Source: Vicugna vicugna
Lineage: Eukaryota
Reading direction: 5' to 3'
Length of the DNA: 64,000 nucleotides
Assembly: GCA_013265495.1 (NCBI GenBank)
Contig: MU062074.1
Span: 62,001-126,000 of the forward strand
A program made the position numbers and the translations under genes. The notes beneath the pieces were generated by a model, which was given only the letters and a program-made list of their open reading frames with translations, was not told where the DNA came from and did no database searches. This document shows positions 23,131 through 35,060 of the stretch, piece after piece (position 1 is the stretch's first letter; every line of letters starts with the position of its first letter).

Positions 23131-25631
23131 AGCCCTCTGTGCTCCCTTCACGGGGTATATCCCAGGGACAGAAAGCATTGGCTTTACTCTCAGTATGTCT
23201 GTTGGTGGTGGTGACAGTGCTGAGATGACTGTGAAGCTGTCTGGGGTGCACTTTAAGGTAGACTCTCTCCGGTAGAGGAAGGGAGTAAGTACACCGACAG
23301 ATCGAGCTGTGGGGAACATGGCTGTGGAATGAGGGAAGGTGACAAAGAAGTGTGAAGCTGGGTTGGAACTGGGGGTTGCAGTATGAACTCAAAAAATGTT
23401 TGCGAGTTTTGTCCAGTGAAAGAGTCTAGAAACGACACCCCAGTAGCAATGAACGCACCCCGTACCAGACCTTGGTTCTCAACACCGTTCTCCACTGAAA
23501 GGAACCAGAGCTCCTTGGAGAAATGGAGGATTCTAGGTTGGGAAAGGCAAAGGTGGCCTCCCACTTCCTGTCGTTGAAAGCCTGGCCACGTGCTGTTGCC
23601 ATTTGTCCAGGGGAAATGTGGTTGCTGAGGGGCTGCTTGGTGTGGATGTGAGTGCTGAGAGGGAAGGCACTGTACCTTCCAGTCCCGCTGCTGCCAGCAT
23701 CTGTTCCAGATGCTCAATACATGTGTGATAAAAGGATGGAAATGAGGTGTCTGCAGGGCAGCCGGGAGCTGTCTCAGAGTCACATCACCAAGATGTGGCC
23801 TAAGACTCCTGAGAGAGTTTCTAGGAGTGAAGCCCAGAAGTGAAATGAAGCGGGACAAGCTGCCCTACGGGAGTGATGTCAAGCCAGAAAGGGTCTGAGG
23901 GAAGCCTTGGAGCCCCTAACACTAAGAGGTGGGCATGGTGGGGAAGAACCAGCAAAGGAACCGGAGAAGGCGTGAGCAATGAAGTGGGAGAAAAAGCAGG
24001 CAAGTGAGGGCAGAAGAGGACAAGAGATGAAGAACTCCAGAGGCACTTGGTCACTCCAAGAGGGCTGTGTGGACAGGGGAGGCCATTCAGGCTGCACCCT
24101 GGAGGGGGCTGGGGGTTATTGCCTCTCCTGCAGGCTTTTCGAGGCCCAGATACTTGAGGCTAGCCACAGCTGTCGCATCTGCTCCTGGTGGGGCCCTGCC
24201 TGGCTGAGCATCGGTCCTGTGGGACCTACTGGAGTTGGTATGGCCCAGTTTCACCCAGGCTGTATACAAAACCTGCAAGATGCCAGTAAATTGTGGGCAC
24301 AGCTCATCTGTCACCTAGGCAATTCCAACTCAACGATCCCCACCCCAAAGGAAACCCTGCTCTCGGTGGAGTCCACCCCTCCCCCTCTGCCCCTGGGAAG
24401 TGACAGCAGAAGCATCTTGTTCCAGGTGCCAGACCGTTTCTGAGAGCTGGGCCCTTCACTCATCTTGCTGTCTCCCAGTGGCACTATGATTACAGTGGGC
24501 ACTGCAAGCCACACCATATCCCTGGGGAACTGTCTCGAGGCCCCTCCACAAGGGACAGACAGTGGCCAGGGGACAGGAGGTAATGGGTGGGTCGGCATCC
24601 ACCTCCGAGGCAGACACTGGGCTCAAGAAGTGCAGTGCCTGAGGGAACCATTCCAGCCGCCGTTGAAGGGTCTCAGCACCTGGGGCCTGCTGGTGCCTCT
24701 GGGCCACCCCCAGCATCCAAGGGCAAAGGCAGGGTCATCCCGTGCCCATTCCATCTTCACAGGAGTGCCCAGTTTCCTTTCCTCCTGGGCCCCTTCCTGC
24801 CTAGGCCCTCACATCTCTCACCCTGCAGCATTTCCCCCTCTCCTGTCTTCTGTCCCCTGGCCTGGCCTGCCCATCCCTGTCCTGCCTTAGCAGGCAAGCT
24901 TCTGGCAGTAGGGGTCCCCAGTCACTGCCACGGCCTCTCCCCCTCCCCACCTCATAGCAGCTTCTTGCCCCACATTACCAATGACCTTCTTGTCACCAGC
25001 ACCAGGGGAGGCTCTGTCCTGCCCTCACTTTGCTTCTGGGCAGCACTAGACAATCCCCGCCCTCCTGGAGGGGCTTCTTGGCTTCTGACACAAGCTCTCC
25101 CTGTCGCCTTGTGCTGGGGATGCTCCTTGGCCTCTACAGTGTCTGCAGCTGGTAAAGTTGCTTAAGGCCCAGCCCTCTCCTCTCTTTTCATGAAGCCATC
25201 TTATCTGTCCTTACAGCTTCTGGGACGTCACGTCCACAGGTAACTCCTGAACCTCACAGAAGGCTGCTGAATCAGCGTGGGCCTAGCTCACAGTCAGTTT
25301 GGCCAGTGAGGTTCCTACCACACACTCTGAAGACCCCACTCCATGTCCAGAGTCCCTGACCCCCGTGTCCAGCTGCTCAGCAGATGGCTCCCTGCCATCA
25401 GATGGCTTTGTCACTCCCAAGTCAGGAGGCACCGGCACGAGGGACTCAACCATCTATCTCTAGGGTCTGTCCAAAAGGCATATCTGTCCATGTCACTCCC
25501 CTGCACTGGGCCAGTCAGCCCTCCCTGAGGACCTGGCTTTTGTTGAGAATCTGCCTCTCCCTCCCACAGCCCATCCCAGCCCCGGCCAAATGATGGAGGC
25601 ACTGCCGGTTCTGACCAGTGAAAGGACAGCA

Positions 25632-25637
25632 TTTATT
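25632..25637 (-). terminator. UBL4A: Probable UBL4A poly(A) signal AATAAA (3' UTR ~1.75 kb)
   Basis: tttatt on the + strand, downstream of the UBL4A stop at 27391. Confidence 0.6.
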
Positions 25638-25714
25638 TGCTGGGTGCATCTGAGAAAGAAGCTACACTATGGGGCGTGAAGGTGCTCCTTGCTGGCTGGG
25701 ATCGAGGGATTTGG

Positions 25715-25949
25715 TGGAGGCTGCAGGCAACCATCTTCTGATCCTGAGGCGGAGGCCTGGGATGAAGCAGACGCTGCAGAGTGCAGAGGGAGGTAGGAAG
25801 AAACTGGGTATTTGGTGAAATTGTTTATCTGCTGCCAACACCCCTGGACTTCTCAGTTTTGTAAACTGACATGTTTCCTTTCTTGTTTAAACCAATTGCC
25901 ATTATGGTTAAATCAAGGATTGGAAACCAAAAGCAGCCCAGCTAATACA
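25715..25949 (+). mobile_element. MaLR (MLT1-type) LTR 3' fragment within the UBL4A 3' UTR
   Basis: cctggacttctcagtt...ttcctttcttgtttaaacc...ggaaaccaaaagcagcccagctaataca is a typical MLT1 LTR end. Confidence 0.6.
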
Positions 25950-27139
25950 GTTCCTTTCAGGTCAAAGTCAAAGCCTCACATTCACCTTTAGCGGGACTGA
26001 AAATTTCAATGTAAGTTTCCTGACTGGAAATGAATGAGAGTGCATGCAGGTAGGTCTATTGAGTGAGCTGCCAGAGCCCACAGGCTCCTAAGGGGCCCTG
26101 CGGTTGGACATTCCCAGCTCTCGGGTGGGGCCAGGGGCTTCCATCTGCCCTTCAAAGCCTTTGCCCATCAGGCTTCGGTCCATCTTCCCAGTCCAGGGAC
26201 ACAGCGTTTACCCCACGAGCCCCAGGCATGAGCACAGCTTCCTTCAAGCCTCAACCGACCCTGGGTACCCTCTTCCAAGGAGTAGGTGCTTAGATGGTCT
26301 CTAGTGCCCACCTGCCAGGCAGGGTGAGAGGACCAGTGGCACCAGCCCGTGTTCCTGCCCCTTCCCTGGCACGCTGAGGTCCCCTGGTCCCCTCTCAGGC
26401 AGCGACTGGCATGCCAGGGAAAGTTCCTGTACACATGAGTGGAGGCAGGGCCATCTCCGAGCTGTAGGGGAGCGCAGGGTGTGGGTGCCTGGCGGAGGCC
26501 TAGCTCTGGCACCGCCTTGCTGAAATAACCTGGAGCCAGTCACGTGTCACCCCTAAGGGTCGAGACCTGCCTGTGTCCAGGAGAAGATAAGCAGGAGTGG
26601 CCAGAGAAAAGCTGTGACATTAAGGGCCAGGACACCCCAATTCTGGGCCACGCTTGGCCATCGCTCAGCTTCTAGCCTTAGCGTGTTTATGGGACACAAG
26701 GGGGAGGATCGCTGCAGACTCCTTCCCCGGGGGGAGGGATAAAGGAAACTGACTGAGGTTTAAGGAGTGGCCCTCACTGTGCAGAGTCAACGGCTGGGGA
26801 TCAACACAGCACAGGGACTTGCCTAAGGCCACACCACAGAGCTGGGTGACGTCTCAGACTCCCCCACCTGCTTTTCCTTCGTCGGGTGCACACTGGTTGC
26901 AGTAGCTGAGGGGACCCCGTGGCTGGCTGTCACTTAGCCTCCTGCCCATGCTGGACCTGCCAGAGGTCAGGTGACAGGAGGGGCAGCAGGGGCCAGTTGC
27001 TTCCCCTTTCAGGCCTGGAAAAGTAGTGCTCAAGGGAGGGTTTCTTCTCAGTGGGCTAAATGGGAAAAGCCATGCCCATCCCTCAGAACCCTTCCAAACA
27101 GCCCCTTACTCCTGCTCCCCCTGAGGCACTTCTAGAAGC

Positions 27140-27320
27140 TGGCTGCACTTAGATTCTGGCTCCCCCACTTCACCGCTAGGGGCCTCGGCTGTCTCACCTT
27201 TTGTGCAAAGTGTGGGCGCAAACCCAGGTCAAGTGATTTGAGCGGTGCCTGGCACCTAACAAGAGCTGGGTCCGGGTACCAGGGTACCCACCAGCTATTA
27301 TTATTATGAGCCAAATTGCA
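27140..27320. mobile_element. MIR-like fragment
   Basis: ttagattctggctccccc...ggtgcctggcacctaacaagagc...gctattattattat. Confidence 0.4.
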
Positions 27321-27390
27321 ACATGAGAACACATTTAATGCTACATGCAGCTTGTGGCCTGGCCAGGCTCCTCCCCACACTCCGAGAATC

Positions 27391-28355
27391 CTACTTGGAG
27401 AACCCCTTCTCCATAGCTGCTGTCACTTCGGGGTGTAGAAAGCGGCCAGCCAAGCGTTCGATGTCATCCAGTGTCAGGCGGCTCAGGGACCTCTCATAAT
27501 CCTGAGGAGAGAAGGCCAGAAGGATTTAGGGGTGTGAGTAGGGGGTCCACGGTGAGAGGCAGGGGCCAAGAGCAGCTGGGCCGGAAGTGTTAGTCCCGGG
27601 CCACCCTTCTCACCCTCTGTAGTTGGTCCAGGACTCTGCTGGCATCTGCAGCACTGAAGTGGCGGGCCAAGACTTTGGAGATGAGCTGCCAGGCGGCCGG
27701 GGTTGGGGGCGGGGCCTCGGCCAGTCTCCGGGCGGTGCTTTCTTCCAGTAACACCTTCTCCAGAGGTTTGACCACTAGGTTGAGCTTGGAATTGGGCCCA
27801 ATGCTGTAATCGGAGAGTCTTTTCCCATCTGCCCAAGGGAGATTGACGGCGTTGTGGCCCACAGCGGTGGGAATGACCTCCAGGAGCCCAGGCCGAGCGC
27901 TGCAGCATCTGGCTGAGGATGCCGGCTCCCCGGGGGTCAAGTGGCCAGAGCCCCATCCACTACACTGCTGCCCAGGCTCGGCCTGGACGCCCCGTCCCTG
28001 ACTTCCTACGTGGCTCCCCGGGCGTCTCCTCTCCCCAGTTACCTGCCAGGGCCTTGCCCTTGAACAGCAGCCGCTGCTGGCGCACGGGGACGTTCAGCTT
28101 CTCGGACACTAGATGTTTCAGCGTGGACACCAGCTCGTCCTCCGACACCTGGCCAGGCCGAGGAGGGGGAGGCAGAGGTTGAGCCGGCAGGGGGCAGCTC
28201 TCCCGGCCTCCCTGGCGCGGCCCGCCCCGTCCCCGCCCTTGGCCCGGCCGGGCGCCCGGGGCCCGACTATGCGAGCCGGCCCGGAGGCGGGGGCCTGGCG
28301 ACGCTACCTGCAGGCTGCACTCGCGGCCCTGGAGCGCCTTCACCGTCAGCTGCAT
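27391..28355 (-). CDS. UBL4A: Ubiquitin-like protein 4A (BAG6 complex), 159 aa
   Basis: Exons 28355-28308, 28148-28043, 27828-27614, 27501-27391: MQLTVKALQGRECSLQ-VSEDELVSTLKHLVSEKLNVPVRQQRLLFKGKALA-DGKRLSDYSIGPNSKLNLVVKPLEK...DQLQR-DYERSLSRLTLDDIERLAGRFLHPEVTAAMEKGFSK*. All introns GT-AG. Confidence 0.97.
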
Positions 28356-28620
28356 GGCGGCCACGGCGGCGTCCACTCCGGCCGGCGCGCACGGCGCCGC
28401 CGCCCCGCCCCGCCCCTTCCCCCTGCCCCCGAGGAGTGCCCTCGGCCGCGCGCCTCGCGGACGCGAGGGGTCCGTCCCGGCTGCAGCTCCCCGCGGCGGC
28501 GGTGCCGGGAAGCCCTCCCGGATGGGGCGGAGGAACCAGACGCTGGGAGCTGGGACTCGCGAAGAGGGCGGGCCTGGGTGCTGGCGGAGCAGGTCAGCGC
28601 CGACGCCGATTCCCTGTCTG
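27850..28620 (-). promoter_or_regulatory. UBL4A: UBL4A CpG island and promoter
   Basis: Dense CpG; GC boxes ccccgccccgcccc at ~28404-28417, just upstream of the ATG. Confidence 0.7.
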
Positions 28621-28961
28621 AGTCTGTGACTCCAGGGAGTCCACAGATGGCCCAGCCCTGCGAAGCTTGTCCCACTGCCCGCGGGCTTCCTACCGCCTCC
28701 TTTCTGGTCGACCTGCAGAAAAGCAGCTCAGCTTGGGAGCGGGCAGGGGAGCCAGGCCTCTGCTCTTACCAGCCCACCGTTCATTCTAGAGCAGAGGCCC
28801 AGCTCTTAGAGAGGGGAAGGAGGGCTGCGAGAGGAAGTCTGCGCAGGGGTCACCGTGTCACCCAAGCAAGTCCTCCACCCTGGCCCACCCACACCCTTCC
28901 TTCCCCCACCCGCCTGCCTCAAAGGGCAAAGACTGGAAGGGACTCAAGCTTGCTTCTCTCT

Positions 28962-28967
28962 TTTATT
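28962..28967 (-). terminator. SLC10A3: SLC10A3 poly(A) signal AATAAA
   Basis: tttatt on the + strand, ~215 nt past the stop at 29182. Confidence 0.75.
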
Positions 28968-29181
28968 GAAATATATTTTCTGGGCAGTGCCCACCTACGT
29001 AACTCAGCATGGCCTCTTTGGCACTGAAAGCTGGAGAATAAAAAACCGGTAAAAAAAAAATAAGCCTGGATTTTTCTGAGTGCATAGTGCATGAGAACTA
29101 AAGGCCTTTGGTACACAAGAACTGTGGGGACAGTGAGCAGAGGCTGGGGGCTGGGGCTGGCGAAAGCTTGACCCGGGGGCC

Positions 29182-30615
29182 TCAGGGGAGTGCGCAGACA
29201 CTGCTGTAGATGAAGTGGCCAATAACTAAGGCCAGCATCTCCGNNNNNNNNNNNNNNNNNNNNNNNNNNNNNNNNNNNNNNNNNNNNNNNNNNNNNNNNN
29301 NNNNNNNNNNNNNNNNNNNNNNNNNNNNNNNNNNNNNNNNNNNNNNNNNNNNNNNNNNNNNNNNNNNNNNNNNNNNNNNNNNNNNNNNNNNNNNNNNNNN
29401 NNNNNNNAGGCAGTAGCCCACCAGGAGGCCAACCAGGGGCACCGTGAGGCCCACCAGCACAATGGGCAGCCTGATGCCCGCCAGGATGAAGACCCCCATG
29501 CGGTAGGCCAGGAAGAGGCCGCCCAGGAGCAGCACGAAGCTGAAGGGCTTGATGACCTGTAGCAGCAGCTGGGAGAATTTGGGGAGCTTGGACTTGATCA
29601 CCACGCCTGCTGCTATGGGGATGGCGATGAACAGCAGGGTCCCCAGGATCTTGGAAATGGGCACGTGGAGTGTTTCGTGGATGCTGAGCAGGCGGCTGTA
29701 GATGGCTGAGGACAGTGGCAGGAAACCAGTCGCGGCCACCGTTGAGATGAAAGTCATGGAAATGGCCAGGGTGACATCCCCTCCGAGGAGGAGGCTGAAG
29801 AGGTAGCTCCCCCCGCCGCCAGGCGACGAGCAAGTGATGATGAGGCCCAGAGCCAGGGCATTGGGCAGCATGAAGACCTTGGCCATCAGAAAAGCATAGA
29901 AGGGCATGACCAGAAACTGGCCCAGGAGGCCTAGCAGCATGGGCTGTGGGCTCTGCAGGAGCCCCTTCAGAACCTCCAGCTCCACTTTACACCCAAATGA
30001 ACACTTATTGACAAAGATAAGAGGCAGGAGCAAGTAGAGTATCGGGTTCTCTGAGAAGTGGACCAGGTCAGTGCCCAGGGTGGCGGGGGTGTCTTCCGCA
30101 GGTGAGACCTTGATGCAGAAATCTCTCCGCTCCTCAATCAGGGTGGGCGGGACCTCCCGGGGGTCCACAAGCTGGATGTGGAGTGGGGCTAGCCCAGGCA
30201 GCCCTGAGTGGATGCTCACCACGAAGCTGCCCCCACTGCCCCAGGTTATGGCACTCACATTCCTGATGCTCAGCACCTCTGTGTCCAGGGAGGTGACCCT
30301 CAGCATGGGGCCAGGCCCGGTCCCGTGGCCCTGGCCTGGGTACTTGCTTGAAATTACGATGATGCCCTCACTCTCCTCCGGGAACTCAAACTCCATCACG
30401 GAGCCATCCCCAATGCTCAAGTAGCGGCCCCCGGGCAGGGGCACGGTGTGGCCCAGAGCGGTGCTGAGGTTGGCACTGGCTGTTCCCCGGGCTTCCCACA
30501 GCAGGCTGACAAGCAGCAGGGTGGCCCTGAGCACACCTAAGGGGCCTGTGCAACCACCACCCCTTCCCCGGCCAGGCCACCGTGGGTAGCTGGCCCTGCC
30601 CCTCCTAAATACCAT
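29182..30615 (-). CDS. SLC10A3: Solute carrier family 10 member 3 (P3 protein), 477 aa, single coding exon, partly in an assembly gap
   Basis: ORF MVFRRG...GGRYLSIGDGSVMEFEFPEESEGIIVISS...PGGGGSYLFSLLLGGDVTLAISMT...EMLALVIGHFIYSSVCALP matches SLC10A3. Exon acceptor ctcctcag| at 30751/30750. N run at 29244-29407. Confidence 0.96.
   Translation of the reverse strand: MVFRRGRASYPRWPGRGRGGGCTGPLGVLRATLLLVSLLWEARGTASANLSTALGHTVPLPGGRYLSIGDGSVMEFEFPEESEGIIVISSKYPGQGHGTGPGPMLRVTSLDTEVLSIRNVSAITWGSGGSFVVSIHSGLPGLAPLHIQLVDPREVPPTLIEERRDFCIKVSPAEDTPATLGTDLVHFSENPILYLLLPLIFVNKCSFGCKVELEVLKGLLQSPQPMLLGLLGQFLVMPFYAFLMAKVFMLPNALALGLIITCSSPGGGGSYLFSLLLGGDVTLAISMTFISTVAATGFLPLSSAIYSRLLSIHETLHVPISKILGTLLFIAIPIAAGVVIKSKLPKFSQLLLQVIKPFSFVLLLGGLFLAYRMGVFILAGIRLPIVLVGLTVPLVGLLVGYCXXXXXXXXXXXXXXXXXXXXXXXXXXXXXXXXXXXXXXXXXXXXXXXXXXXXXXXXEMLALVIGHFIYSSVCALP
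29244..29407. other. Assembly gap (164 N)
   Basis: Direct count of the N run. Confidence 0.98.
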
Positions 30616-32299
30616 GGCTCCTCCAGGACGGTGAGCCCAGGCCCCCTGCGGCTTAGGAGAGCAGCCCTGCTGGTGCTGTTGAGTGGTCCTGAGGAGGGTC
30701 CATGGGCGGGGCCTGGCTCTGTGTTGCCTCTCTTGATGGCAGAGCTCTTCCTGAGGAGAAGGGACACAGAGAGGTGGCTGGTGAGGGCCTGCAGCTGTGA
30801 GCCCAGGAGCATGGGGATCTGGAAGCCCAGTGCTTGGAGACTCAGCCTGGGGATGGAAAGGGAATGCCTAGTGCTAGCTCTTGAGTGCCATTTGGCTGTC
30901 CCCTCCCCAATCACCACAGCCTCAGCTTACCATCCCTCACCCAGAGGGGCCACCTACAGATAGGAGTTCTCGTTCAGCCTGCGGATAGATACCTGCTGGT
31001 TTCCCTGGGGTTGCCCAGCATGGTGACCATTCAGAGATGTCCTGATACCAAGGGATTTGGGAGTGCCACCCCCAATCCTGTTACCACGAGCCTGTTCCCC
31101 ACCAGCTCTGAGATGCAGCTACCACAGGGCTGCAGCAATACCACAACCAGGAAGAAATCCTTGATGACCCAGGATAACAAGGAAACAAGCCTGATGAGAG
31201 CAAAGCGTGCTGATGGGAAACACTGGCTTGGGTCAAGTCTGAGAGGCCATCAGAGAGCAGGTTGGGGCATTTGAGTGTCATCTGCCAGGCAGAGAGCAGC
31301 TGGTAAAGTGGTGTGGGCAGTGGGTGGCCAGGCGCCAGGGGCTGATGTCCACCAACATGGAGTTGTGAATGGTAATGTCGTTCGTGGCTATCTGGCCCAC
31401 CCTACCTGCTGATAGTGGTGAGATGGGGGTTCTGGGAGGGACCAGATCCCCTCTCCCCTGGGAAGTTGTCAGAAGGGGCAGCAAGAAGGGATCAGGTATG
31501 GCCACATGTCCCCTGGGGGGACTCTCCCCCTTCTGTCAGAGCTCCCACCCCTCTGGCAGAAGGAGGAGTCCCAGAATTTGAGCTCCTAGAGCTGCTGTGC
31601 CACATCTGAGAGGCTCTGCTCAGAGTCCAGGGTCTCCTTCCCAATGCCCATATGCACCCCTACCAGAGCCTAGAACTACCAGTGAGACTATGAGTGTTTC
31701 TAGGGGGGCAGGGTGCCTCACGGGGAAAGGAGGAGGTTTGTCTCCTTCCACTTCTCAATGTAGGCAGCCAGCACCCTATTGTCACATCACCTGCAGGAAC
31801 TGGGGCAGCCAGGGTGGGGACACAGTGGGTTTTCATCACTACTGATTGACTCATGCCTTGCATTATCCCAGTCCTGGAAGAGACTCCTGCTTCTCTAGAT
31901 CCTATCAGTGTTTGGCCCTGACCCCACCCCTCATCTGAGACTGGGAAGCAGAGGCAAGGAGGTGGTGGAGGGCCCGGTAAGCAAAAGGCTCATCCTGGGA
32001 AAGTCCCCTTCCACCCCCTTGGGATGCCATGGCCTCTCCTGGTTTGGAGTTCGGGTCACTTACCCTGGATGCCATGATCCAGCCTTGTGTCCCACCGCTG
32101 AAGAGGGAGGCGGGAAAACCAGAGGGAGTAAGAGAACTAAAGTGGAGGGGAGTCGCAGGGAAAAGACGAAGGCACCCGGAACTGAAACCACCGCGGTGGT
32201 GCGAACCCGTTCAGAAGGGAGAGGGGGCTAAGGGCCATCCACCCTGTCCTTCTAGTACTGCTGGTGGCTTTGAGTCACTGAGTCACTGCGTGAGGGGTC

Positions 32300-33350
32300 T
32301 GGCCCAGATGCTCACCATTTTTGCCTGAGGTGCCGGAAGTTTGAGCAGATGCACCCCAAGGGAAGGGAAGGAACACCGGGCCGGCCTCTTTTTCCGCACT
32401 GGCCGAGTGTGCGGTGTCAGGTCAGTTGGCAGTGCTGACCCGGGGCTCCTCCCTTACCTGGGAGTCCGGAAGTTGTCGGATCAGGCACGATCAGAGCTCG
32501 GGCGTGAATCGGGAAGGGAGAACGAGGAGCGCGCCGCCGCCAGGTTTGCGCTGCCGCCCCAAAACCCGCAGGCCGGCGACCGGCCAGGACGGTCCCGGGG
32601 TCGCGGGGTCCCGGGGTCCCTCAGACCACTCCTAAGCCTGGCGGCTACGCCAGGCCTCACGAACGCGCGGCGGCGGCCCTTCCCTGGGGTCCCGGCCGCC
32701 CGAGCAGGCCAGCGCCGAGCCCAGCCGGGGCTAGAAGCCGCCTTCCGGCTGCCTTTCCTGGCCCGAGGCTCTCACCTGCCTCCGCGGCCCAGAAGCTCGG
32801 GGCTGGCGCCAGCGCCTGGCGGGCCGGCAGACGCCTGTAAGCAAGGCCCGCCAGGGCCCCGCCCCAACCCGGCGAGATCCCGCCCCTCGCACCTGCTCCG
32901 CCCACCAGCGTCGGCTGGCTCACCTCCTGCGGCTTGGGCCAGTCCCATTCGGATGTGACGTATATGGGAGCGACGAGCGCGTGCGCGGGCGGGCCAGGAA
33001 ATTTTCCGGGTTCGGGTTGGTTTCCATCTGGCAGGTTCTCGTGTGGCTGCCGAGCCGCCGGTCCGAGTCTTCTGTGGTCGCCGCCAGGGGGGCCCGCTCC
33101 GGGTAGGGACCTCAGTCATTCCCAGACACGTTGCGACCTCTGGGGGCAGCGGGACACAGGCTTAGCCGTTAGCCGAGCTAGGACGCCAGGGGACTGCTGC
33201 TAGTGGTGGGAGCCCAGGGTCAGTGTTTCGGCCTCGTTCCTGCTCAGAGCGCCCAGCCTTGTGGCTCGAGGGCCTAGCCCGACCGAGTCGGACTCCAGAG
33301 CCCTTGCTTGGCCTGGTTCCAGCTTACTTCGTTCAAGCATTGACCGAGCG
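32300..33350 (-). promoter_or_regulatory. SLC10A3: SLC10A3 CpG island with candidate 5' exons
   Basis: Minus-strand donors after 32924 (GAG|GTGAGC), 32776 (CAG|GTGAGA, 59-nt cassette 32834-32776 with cttacag acceptor), 32458 (CAG|GTAAGG) and 32316 (ATG|GTGAGC). NRF1-like gcgcgtgcgc at 32977-32986, CRE-like gtgacgta at 32955-32962, ETS ccggaagt motifs. Confidence 0.65.
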
Positions 33351-34784
33351 CCTATTTGCACACTGTAATATTAGTGGACTTATCCACCTTTCAAAACTGT
33401 TTGGGGCCACCAGCAAGGTCCGGAGGCTTCACGAAAAAGGAATGCAAACAGATGGCGTAAGGAAGGGCAGAAAGGTGGTGAGGGTGTAGAACATGGACAT
33501 GGGAAGTCAGTAAGCAAGTGTAGAATTGAGGGGCATTTGCATGTTCCCAAAGGCTGCTGGGCAACTGCAGTTGGTCAGGCAGCGGGTCAGTCGCTTCTCA
33601 CTGCTCTGGAAGAGCCTCTTGTCAAGGGCTGTGATGGAGGCCAGTGGTGCCCAAAGTTACAGGTACTTGCCCCCAGGAGGGGCACAAGACATCATTGAGA
33701 ATGTTCCAAAAGACCCACAGCATCTTTAGTTTTATTTAATTATTCAAATAAAAATTGTAATAATTTAAAGCCTATTAATTTAAACTTATTTAAATACATT
33801 TTACTTATTGCAATATTGTATTTGTGTTATAAAGTTTATATTATTAGGCACATATGGTATGTAAGCAGCCGTATATGGTGGGGGTGCACATTCAGGAGGG
33901 TTTATGTCAGTTATCAAAAACATTCAGAGGCCATAGCTGTAGGCTGTTCTTGATCCTCAGTGAGGTGTAAGCCATTTGTGTGTGTGGACTTGGTGTCCTG
34001 GAAAGTTTATACTGTTCCTCTCTAATGGGGTTGAGGGGTCCTGATGGAAGCAGGCTGGCACAGGTATGAGGGTGGAGCTTAGCACCTGCTGTGTTGAAGA
34101 CGGAAGTTTGGAAAAGAGCAGTGGGGGTGGTGCTGTCCGAGGATGGGGGAAAACTGGCCAGAGGGAGAAGGAAGATGGGTCAGCCCCAAGAGCGGAGGAT
34201 GGAAAACCTAAAAGATGTCTTCTCCCTTGAGGAAACCTGCATTTTTATATTCCAGCTGAACAGGAATTGGTGTGAGAGGTCAAGGAGAGCAAATGTAATT
34301 AGAAGACTGCTCCCCATTATCTCATTCCCTTCAGCCCTCTGAGAAGCCAGAGTGGGCTGGTGGGGTGTCTGACATGAGGGAATTTAGAGGCCTCTGCAGG
34401 GAAAAGGCATGGCTAAAACAAAGGCAAGAGAATGTTTGTAGTTAGTTTAGGGGATTAATAATTTACCCCCAAAAGCCGGAAGGGCTGTCTAGGAACCAGT
34501 CAAGGATATCCAGTTCCAAAAGAGATGTCATCTGGACTGAGAGAACAGACGAAACAAATGATAGTGACAGCCCAAACTACAGAAATGCACTTCAGATGGG
34601 AGACCTGCCACCATATTATTAACAGGGTCACAGTGATGATGCTGACAGGTGTGCCTACCTCCTGCTCTCCAGGCAGGGGCCTCCAGGAACACTCTGTGAT
34701 AAATAAGCATGCACGGAAGGCATCTCTGAGCACAAGGATGGGATGCCTTTGGTGTTTACTGGGAAATGTCACGATGACGTATTT

Positions 34785-35060
34785 TTTCATACCCAGCAGC
34801 AGGTCACAGCACCTTAGTTTTCTTTGGAGGAACCATCCACCATCTCTCATCCACTCTCGGGACACACGGTTTGCGTGTTTATGACTCCAATGCTGACCTC
34901 TGGGGCAGGCACAGGCCTGGATGTGGCCAATCAGAGCCACACAGAATGAGATAAGGATAAATGCATAATCTAATGTGGACCAAGGTGAGTTAGTCCCTGG
35001 GACTTGGGCTGGAACTACTGGGAAGTTGGGGGCTCTTTTTTGCTGGAGTTGCTGAACTGG
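34785..35060 (+). mobile_element. Old MaLR (MLT1J/K-like) LTR fragment
   Basis: ggtcacagcaccttagttttctttggaggaaccatcc...ggccaatcagagcc resembles MLT1J/K. Confidence 0.45.

Noticed and set aside
23253-23858. 201-aa minus-strand intergenic ORF
   Set aside because: No recognisable motif, lies among decayed repeats, no promoter or splice support
28919-29833. ORFs in alternative frames through the N run
   Set aside because: Open only because N codons cannot be stops
33730-33900. Very AT-rich stretch, possibly a DNA-transposon remnant
   Set aside because: No terminal inverted repeats or recognisable consensus found by eye
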